Shown here: positions 57,224 through 64,000 of the stretch, one piece after another
How positions within the stretch are numbered: position 1 is the first letter of the stretch
Layout: each line of letters begins with the position of its first letter
Source of the DNA: Gemmatimonadaceae bacterium
Lineage (GTDB): Bacteria; Gemmatimonadota; Gemmatimonadetes; Gemmatimonadales; Gemmatimonadaceae
Assembly (NCBI GenBank): GCA_044224875.1
Contig: JBGAJQ010000001.1
Location: 160,001 to 224,000 of the forward strand
Length of the DNA stretch: 64,000 bases
Reading direction: 5' to 3'
Program-made: the position numbers and the translations under genes
Notes under the pieces: generated by a model
The model's input: the letters and a program-made list of their open reading frames with translations, nothing else
What the model was told of the DNA's origin: nothing
The model's database searches: none

Positions 57224-58015
57224 ATGCGTACTCGACTGGCGCAGGCGTCATTTCTCGCCTTCCTTCTCGCCCCGGCCGCCGTCTCGGCTCAGTCACTCCC
57301 GTTCTTGTTCGTCGACGGACCGTCGTTCACCACGCGCCCACGTACCCAGCTTCAATACGACGCATCGTACGGCGACCGCAGCCTGCAATCGGTCGATGGC
57401 ACAGGTGTCATGCACCGGCTGGTCGCTGGAATCCGAGTTTCGCCGAGTCTCGTCGCCTTGGCGCGAGTCGAGACAACACCGTTGGAGGACGGTCAGGGTC
57501 TCTCGGAGCAAGTCGAGTTGAATTGGCAGCCGTCAGCTGCAACTCAGCGCGCCACGCCGTTCGCAGTCGCTGTCGGCGCCCGGCGCGAGTGGCAGGGGAC
57601 GGCGGTTCTTCTCGCCAATGCCGGGATCGCGCACGACTTTGGCAAGTCCCTCGTCGGCGCGCAGCTTCGCGCCGAACGACCGCTCAGCTCAGGACGGGAT
57701 GCCATCGACCTGATCACCTCGGCGGGCTGGTCCATGCGCGTGTCCTCCATTGGACGACTGGGCGTCGAAGCGATCGGGCAGGATCTCGAGGGCTTCTGGA
57801 GCACCGAAGAAGCCGAAGGCGGCGCCACGCTATACGCTGGACCGTCACTGGCCCTCGCGCCCCAAGGCGCCCACTGGGCATTTGTACTCGGAGGCGGTCC
57901 CGTGCTTCGCGCCACTCACAGTACGCGCAACAGCGGCGCGCCGCGCGACGTGGTCATCGATCGAAGTCGCGGCTACCTATTGCAAACTTCCTTCCGAATG
58001 CTGGTCGGGCGCTGA
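57224..58015 (+). CDS. Hypothetical secreted protein, possible outer-membrane beta-barrel
   Basis: Signal peptide 'AVSA'; alternating beta-strand pattern; 'EAIGQDLEGFW..EEAEGGA'. Confidence 0.6.
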   Translation: MRTRLAQASFLAFLLAPAAVSAQSLPFLFVDGPSFTTRPRTQLQYDASYGDRSLQSVDGTGVMHRLVAGIRVSPSLVALARVETTPLEDGQGLSEQVELNWQPSAATQRATPFAVAVGARREWQGTAVLLANAGIAHDFGKSLVGAQLRAERPLSSGRDAIDLITSAGWSMRVSSIGRLGVEAIGQDLEGFWSTEEAEGGATLYAGPSLALAPQGAHWAFVLGGGPVLRATHSTRNSGAPRDVVIDRSRGYLLQTSFRMLVGR

Positions 58016-58034
58016 CGCTGCGGCGTCTGTCGTT

Positions 58035-58601
58035 CTACCAGAAATAGCGACGCCACCCCACAATGTGGCGCTGTTCCATCCGCTGGTGCATGTGCCAGTA
58101 GATCAGGAACCCGCTGACGGTCATGGCGGCGAGCGCTAGTCCCCAGAACATCGCTACCACCAAGCCGCCGTCACCGAATGCCTCCCCACTGTGCAGGCGT
58201 GTGAGGAACGGCTTGTCGACGTAGGCGTCCTCCTTCAGTAGCTCACCTGTCATCGCCTGCACCACGAATCGCCGGTCTTCTCCGCCCGTTGGTTTGCCCG
58301 TGAAGAACGTGATGGTCGGTTGATCGCCCTTGAACTCGAATGTGATCTTGTCGACCGGTGCACCAGGCGCCTTGGCCGCCATGGTCGCGAAAGCCTTGGT
58401 AAGAGGGCCCACGTACATCTGGCTCGACGCCTGCGTCGTTACTGGGCTCACTACGTCGCGTAGCGCCTCGCGCTTTGACTCCTCTTCACCGAAGAACTCA
58501 GTGAAGGCGACCATCACACCGGTCACGGCAACGAATGCGAGCAATACCGCAGCTGGCAGCCCGATCCACCGGTGCCACTTTCGCCAAAACGGAACGTTCA
58601 C
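58035..58601 (-). CDS. PepSY-associated TM helix domain protein (compact)
   Basis: 'WRKWHRWIGL', central PepSY-like domain, 'LTRLHSG', 'VSGFLIYW'. Confidence 0.8.
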   Translation of the reverse strand: MNVPFWRKWHRWIGLPAAVLLAFVAVTGVMVAFTEFFGEEESKREALRDVVSPVTTQASSQMYVGPLTKAFATMAAKAPGAPVDKITFEFKGDQPTITFFTGKPTGGEDRRFVVQAMTGELLKEDAYVDKPFLTRLHSGEAFGDGGLVVAMFWGLALAAMTVSGFLIYWHMHQRMEQRHIVGWRRYFW

Positions 58602-58941
58602 GGAACAACCTCAGGAAATGATTTGTGCGATTCGGCCCGGTATCCGGCCGCAGACCCGGAAACGGTATCGGCGTGTACCCCACCTGTCGAGGCGGGGGTA
58701 TGATCCCCGCCTCGTCAGCACGGTGCCAGGGCGACACTGTCGATCCGCGGACCCGAACCGGCATCGCCAAACGTCGCTGCACGACGCGACGGAGGTAGTT
58801 GGCTAGCCCGTCAGGACGAGCGTCCCTCTCGGCTGATCCGACGCTCTCGCACAAATCTTGGGTCTGCCGCGTTGGCGTTCTCATTGACCCAAATAACTCG
58901 CGTTTGGCCCGACCTGCCTTGCCCGTTCGCGCACTGCGGGT

Positions 58942-59838
58942 ATGATGAAGCTGATGACCGGGCCCCTCTCACCCACGGCGTTCGCCACCGCAACCGTTGT
59001 CCGTCGCCCACAGGACGACGAGATCGACGCGTATGGCGTCTCGGACCGCGGCAAGGTGCGCGAGCGGAACGAAGATCACTTCCTGCTTTGTTCTGTGCAC
59101 AAAGTGATGCGTGTGCGAGGTACCTCGCTGCCGATGCCCAGCGAGCTTGAGCATCCCGGAGGCCGCCTGGCCACGATCGGCATGGTGGCCGACGGCGTTG
59201 GTGGTGGACGTGGTGGGGAAGAAGCGAGTCGCGCGGCGGTGGAGTCGTTGGCGGACTACGTGACGAACATGACGCAGTGCATTTACACGGCGGATCCTAA
59301 CGTTGCCGACCATTTCGCCGAGGTGCTGCGGGACGCGGCGCGTCGTACGCACGAGGCGGTGGTCGCCAGGGGACGCCAGACGCCATCCCTCGCAGGCATG
59401 GCCACCACGCTCACCTTGTGCATCGGTGTGTGGCCGATCCTATACGTCCTGCATGTGGGGGACAGCCGCTGTTACCAGCTGGTCGATGGGACGTTGGTGC
59501 AGCTGACGAAAGATCAGACCTTGGCACAGCAGCTGGTGGACAGCGGCGTCCTGTCGCCCGAGGAGGCCGCGAAGACGCGACTCGCGCATGTGCTCTCCAG
59601 TGCCATCGGTGGCGAAGCGTCGCCGGTCGTCACCGTGCATGCGATTCGTCCAGGCGCGGTGACGCTGCTCTGCACCGATGGTCTCACCAAGCACGTGAGT
59701 GACGCGCGGATTCGCGACCGACTCGTGAACATGACGTCCGCGCAGCAGGTGTGCACGGATCTCCTGCAGGACGCGTTGAACGGCGGCGGCACGGACAACA
59801 TCACGATCGTGGTGGCCCGAGCGATACAAAGGGCGTAG
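58942..59838 (+). CDS. PP2C/PPM family Ser/Thr protein phosphatase
   Basis: 'SDRGKVRERNED', 'VADGVGG', 'GMATT', 'HVGDSRCY', 'LCTDGL', 'GGTDNIT'. Confidence 0.92.
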   Translation: MMKLMTGPLSPTAFATATVVRRPQDDEIDAYGVSDRGKVRERNEDHFLLCSVHKVMRVRGTSLPMPSELEHPGGRLATIGMVADGVGGGRGGEEASRAAVESLADYVTNMTQCIYTADPNVADHFAEVLRDAARRTHEAVVARGRQTPSLAGMATTLTLCIGVWPILYVLHVGDSRCYQLVDGTLVQLTKDQTLAQQLVDSGVLSPEEAAKTRLAHVLSSAIGGEASPVVTVHAIRPGAVTLLCTDGLTKHVSDARIRDRLVNMTSAQQVCTDLLQDALNGGGTDNITIVVARAIQRA

Positions 59839-59871
59839 GTCGCCGCGTCTCACTTAATTCATCGTACAGCA

Positions 59872-61221
59872 CTAGCGCTCCGTTGCCAGCGCCAGGATGA
59901 GGCGCGACAGGGCGGACGCGTCTCGCAGGTCCAGCACTTCCCCCGGAGAGTGCGAGTAGCGCCCCGGCCACGACAAGCTGACGTTCGGTGCGCCATAGAG
60001 CGCAATGGCCGAGCCGTCCGTGGCGCCATGCGTGGTGCCCAACTGCACGGGGATCCTGTTGACACGAGCCACACGCATCACGCGATCGCGCTCTTCCTGC
60101 GGCGAGACGGCCCCGTCGTCTAGTCCGCGCAACACCACGCCGCGGCCTAACGGAGCAAGCGCGAAGGTCGGCAGTTCCAACGGCGTATCGCTGGAAACAA
60201 ACGTGTCTATACTATAGATACGCGACAGGGAGGTCCCGGCGGTTGCCGCAAAGGCGCGTGCCCCATTCAGCCCGCCTTCTTCGCGAACGCTCCAGACAAA
60301 CAGGACCTTGTGCGTCAACAGCGACGGCACGAGGCCTTGGATCGCCAGCAGCAAAGCCGTAGATCCCGTGCGATCGTCGCTGCCGCGACCGGTAATCCGG
60401 GTGCCCGCCAGTCGGTCACCGCGTTTGTACGCCGTAACGCTGAGCCCCGGTCGTACACCTCGGGCCACCAACTGCGAGGAGTCCAGACCGAACCATCCCG
60501 TCAGGTTCACCGGCGCCTTCACCCGCGCCGAGTCGCGCGGAACAAACACCCCGCGAAGGGGCTCGGCGACAGCACCACCTGCTGTCGCCTCGAGGTGAAG
60601 GTAGGCAGGCTCTCCCTCCCACGCGTGGATCACAACGCCGCCCCGGCGTCCCAACGTGACCTGCCCGTCCGGCAATATGCGCTCCACCTCAAAGGCCACT
60701 TCGTCCATGTGCGCCATGAAGACCACCGAATCGCGCTCCGGACCAGCCGCTACGATCAGGTTTCCGGCGGTATCGACGGTGGCAGCCTGACGAGCCCATG
60801 CCGGCAACGCCTGCGTAATGGCGTCCCGGACGCGTGCCTCATGGCCGGGGGCACCAGGAAGGTTGGCCAGCGCGAGGAACTGGCGCTCGAATGCAGCGTA
60901 TTCGTCGGTACGCGACGTCAATCGCTGCGTGGTATCTGTTCGGAGACGGATCCACGGCGCGCCGCCTAACGACACAGCGCCACGTTGGACGATCCGCTCC
61001 AGCAGTCGGCGGACATCCGACGCGTGAACGGACTCGACGAAGCTCCCCGCGTAGCGCGCTGGGGGCGCCAGCACCAGCGCGTCCGGGCGGTTGAACACCC
61101 GAGACACGCCGGCCGGCAACCGGCGTGTCTCGACGGCGGCGTCCATCCCGGCGCCCCCGCGAGCGTCCACGAGCGTCAACTCGTCGACGGAACCCAGCCG
61201 CGCCGGCGCGACGTCATACGC
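59872..61221 (-). pseudogene. M42/M20-clan metallopeptidase, apparently lacking its 5' part
   Basis: 'GAPGHE', 'FMAHMDEV', 'DDRTG', 'VREEGGL', 'IDTF', 'RYSHSP.E'. Frame open to an in-frame TAG at 61222-61224 with no convincing start or signal peptide. Confidence 0.65.
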
Positions 61222-62457
61222 CTAACGCTTGATCAGGAGATCCCGCCGATCGCAGACTACAAGGAAACGAAGTACGTCAAGCACGTACGGATCCGCAGTG
61301 AACGCCTGAGCAAGTTCTGGGGTCGCGACATGTTCATCAGCGCCTTCGTGACGCTCCCGTGGGGGTTCGATGATCATCCGGGGGCGCGATATCCGCTCGT
61401 GATCAACCATGGGCATTTTGCCACGGAACCTGACAACTGGCGCGAGTCTCCCCCGGACCCAGACCTCAAGCCGGACTACAGTGAGCGTTTCTCCCTCGCC
61501 GGCTACAACCGTGTGCAACAGCAGTATGCGTGGCAGCTCTACCAGGATTGGACCGGCCCCGGGTTCCCGCGCATGCTCATGGTGCAGATCCAGCATCCGA
61601 CGCCCTTCTATGACGATTCGTATGCGGTGAATTCCGCGAATGCCGGACCGTGGGGCGATGCCATCCAGTACGAGCTCCTTCCAGAGATCGAACGGCGGTT
61701 TCGCGGCCTGGGGCAAGGGTGGGCGCGATTCGCTTTTGGCGGATCCACCGGCGGGTGGGAGTCCATGGCCGTCCAGGTGTTCTATCCCAATGAATACAAC
61801 GGGGCTTGGGTCGCCTGTCCCGATCCGATCGATTTCCGGCACTACGAGACGGTCAACATCTACGCGGACACCAATGCGTTCTTCATGCCGTCGCCATGGA
61901 AACGCACACCACGGCCCGCACATCGCAACTACCTCGGGCACGTGGACGGCACGGTCGAAGAGACGAATCTCTACGAGTACTTGTTAGGCACCCATTCGCG
62001 CTCCAGCGAACAGTGGGACGTATGGGAGGCCACCTTCTCACCGGTCGGTAGCGACGGCTACCCCAAGCGCATCTTTGACAAGACCACCGGAACCATCGAT
62101 AAGTCGGTGGCGGAGTACTGGAAGGAACACTACGACCTGTCGTACATCCTGCAGCGCGACTGGAAGACGCTGGCCCCGGTGCTCAAGGGGAAGCTTCGCA
62201 TCTACGTTGGCGACATGGACAACTATTACCTCAATAACGCCGTCTACGAGGTGGAGAAGTTCCTGAAGTCCGCGCAACCAGAGGCCGATGCGGTGGTGGA
62301 CTACGGCGACCGCGACGAGCACTGCTGGAACGGCGATCACACCCGCGCCAATGCATACTCACGGTTGCGGTACGCCCAGATGTCGATGCCGTGGTTCGTC
62401 GAACGCATGCTCAAGACGGCGCCGGCGGACGCCGACCTTCGCAGCTGGCGGTATTAG
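61195..62457 (+). pseudogene. Alpha/beta hydrolase (esterase-like), apparently lacking its 5' part
   Basis: Nucleophile elbow 'GGSTGG', 'DDSYAVNSAN.GP', 'VGDMD.YYL', 'EHCW'. Plausible coding begins at 'PRRRDVIRLTLDQEIPP'; the upstream ORF part is antisense shadow of the peptidase. Confidence 0.65.
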
Positions 62458-62466
62458 GAGCGACGC

Positions 62467-63654
62467 CTAACGCGCCTTGCGCAAAGCGGCAATCCTCGGC
62501 GCCCGGCTCTTTGGGCTGTCGAGGGAAAAGGAACGGGCGTCGCCCAACTGATCGCGCACAAACGCCTCGGTCGCCTGGATCGCGGTCTCGAGCGTCTTGT
62601 CTCTGGGCACGAACGTGGCCAACGCCGTCGATTGCGTCTCCGGATCAAACTCCCAAAGTCCTACCACACGGCCGCGATCGACGATCGCGTGGCTTGGCAA
62701 GTCAGTGAGTGCGCCGAGAGTGGCCAGCGCCTTTTCTCCCATCACCTGACGTGCGGCATCGTCGGGATCAATGGCGCTCGCCAAGTCACGGCGGTTCGCC
62801 ACCAACGGATCCAGCGACGAAACGAGGGCATACTGGGCCTTGCCTGGTACACGAAACTTCTGGTATGCGGGGAGGTCGCTGCGCAGCAGCAACCAATCAC
62901 TCGCGTCCTCGACCGGCGTCAAGTCGACCTCCGCGATCGCGGCCTTCGCTGCGGCAACGCCGAGTCCCGAGAACCACTGAAACTGCGACAGCTTGGCCGG
63001 CCCAGCCCAACGGAAGAATCGCTCGGCCAATGCGCGATGTGACTCGCTGAGCGAGGCGCGATACGTTGCCAGGGGACTCGGCTTCCATAGCACATACGCG
63101 TACCTCTGCTGATCAAGCCGCCCGTTCACTGGGACGCGTCGAATGTGCCCCGAAGATTGCAGCCGGCCGAGCGCGAGTGGCAGCGTTGTGGTGAGTCCCT
63201 TCTTCTTCCCCGCCTCGCCAAGAGAACGCGACGCATTCCCCGTGGCCGAGCGAATCCCTTCGGGATCGAGCGGGCCGCGAGTGAGCGCCTTCAGCACGGC
63301 GTCGCAAAGCGCGGACACCTCGCTCTCAGTCACACCGAGCTTCAGCGCTTGCCTTGTTTCACCCTCGGTGAAGCCAGCTCCAACCGAAAGCCCGACCGCA
63401 AAATCGCTGGCCGGAACGACGTAGGTGCATCCACGCGCCGTTGGAAGTTCGTGGATCTCGCACGACGCGACGGCGGCGTCAGCCGCCTCTCGAGACGTGC
63501 CCGCTCGCGAGAAGAGCGTGAGGTAGGGACCGACGCCTCCCACCGACCGCGCCCATCCCGTGCGCTCCAGGACCTCCGCTGGTGCCGCGTCGCGAAATGA
63601 TCCGTCTAGTCCCTGTCGATGCGCCCACCAGGCGCGAAGCTTCGCAATGTCCAT
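62467..63654 (-). CDS. HTH_42 / AlkZ-YcaQ-like winged-helix DNA glycosylase family protein
   Basis: 'RQGL', 'PYLTLFSR', 'RGCTYVV', 'LAERFFRWAGPA....FQWFSGL', 'DRGRVVGLW'. Confidence 0.8.
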   Translation of the reverse strand: MDIAKLRAWWAHRQGLDGSFRDAAPAEVLERTGWARSVGGVGPYLTLFSRAGTSREAADAAVASCEIHELPTARGCTYVVPASDFAVGLSVGAGFTEGETRQALKLGVTESEVSALCDAVLKALTRGPLDPEGIRSATGNASRSLGEAGKKKGLTTTLPLALGRLQSSGHIRRVPVNGRLDQQRYAYVLWKPSPLATYRASLSESHRALAERFFRWAGPAKLSQFQWFSGLGVAAAKAAIAEVDLTPVEDASDWLLLRSDLPAYQKFRVPGKAQYALVSSLDPLVANRRDLASAIDPDDAARQVMGEKALATLGALTDLPSHAIVDRGRVVGLWEFDPETQSTALATFVPRDKTLETAIQATEAFVRDQLGDARSFSLDSPKSRAPRIAALRKAR

Positions 63655-63828
63655 GAGAGCCAAGGGCAGGTGTGGCCCTCATGTTGGGGCTCCGACCGCG
63701 AACACGCAACGTGGGAAAACGAACGAAGCCGGGCGCGATTCCGATGCCCCCGGCCCCCCCGGCCATAGACATCCGCACCCGGCTTCGTGATTGGTCCCCT
63801 CAGCTGCCTAACGCTTCATGTAACCGTA

Positions 63829-63999
63829 CTACGAGCAGCTCAAGTGGCCCCTCGGTAAGGGCATTGTGCACGTCTTGGTGGTGCCATCCTGCGTGATCGT
63901 GATCTTGGCAGTCGCCGAACCATCGTACGTCACCACTTCCCGTCGGACGGTGGAACTGGTTGTTCCGGCGATGGTCTTGGTCGCCTTCAAGTTGCGAAT
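63829..63999 (-). CDS. C-terminus of a hypothetical, probably secreted protein, truncated by the window edge
   Basis: Hand translation IRNLKATKTIAGTTSSTVRREVVTYDGSATAKITITQDGTTKTCTMPLPRGHLSCS*. Confidence 0.65.
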   Translation of the reverse strand: MRNLKATKTIAGTTSSTVRREVVTYDGSATAKITITQDGTTKTCTMPLPRGHLSCS

Positions 64000-64000
64000 G

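Noticed and set aside
1..64000. CRISPR arrays, tRNA/rRNA genes, IS elements, prophage or anti-phage defence genes
   Set aside because: No regularly spaced repeats, structural RNA signatures, transposase/integrase motifs or recognisable defence domains seen by eye.

Overview
GC-rich (about 64%, estimated by eye) bacterial chromosomal segment. Gene content (PadR plus duplicated orphan permease, kinase-TPR protein, many short secreted lipoproteins) suggests Gemmatimonadota or a similar lineage; this is an inference. I can support about 55 CDSs and see no rRNA, tRNA, CRISPR array, transposase or integrase. Main blocks: (i) nitrilase, ArsR-SRPBCC, alpha-2-macroglobulin, a trans-sulfuration enzyme and ppk2; (ii) two paralogous stress/signalling modules at 11.2-16.9 kb and 31-44.5 kb, holding twin NarL regulators, receiver-only proteins, PAS kinases, a pseudokinase, CsbD, DUF892, DUF4142, DUF883-like and a GT4 plus debranching enzyme, with a shared candidate operator; (iii) a translationally coupled 7-gene operon at 44.6-52.7 kb (two cobalamin-dependent radical SAM enzymes, two GNAT-like proteins, a GH3-family amide synthetase and an ABC exporter), the best candidate for an undescribed biosynthetic system; (iv) S8 peptidase, ettA, PP2C, and two headless divergent genes meeting at a 12-bp palindrome near 61.2 kb. 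Window-wide, the octamer GCCTAACG is strongly over-represented and strand-biased. All family assignments come from motif recognition, not database searches, and all counts are manual.
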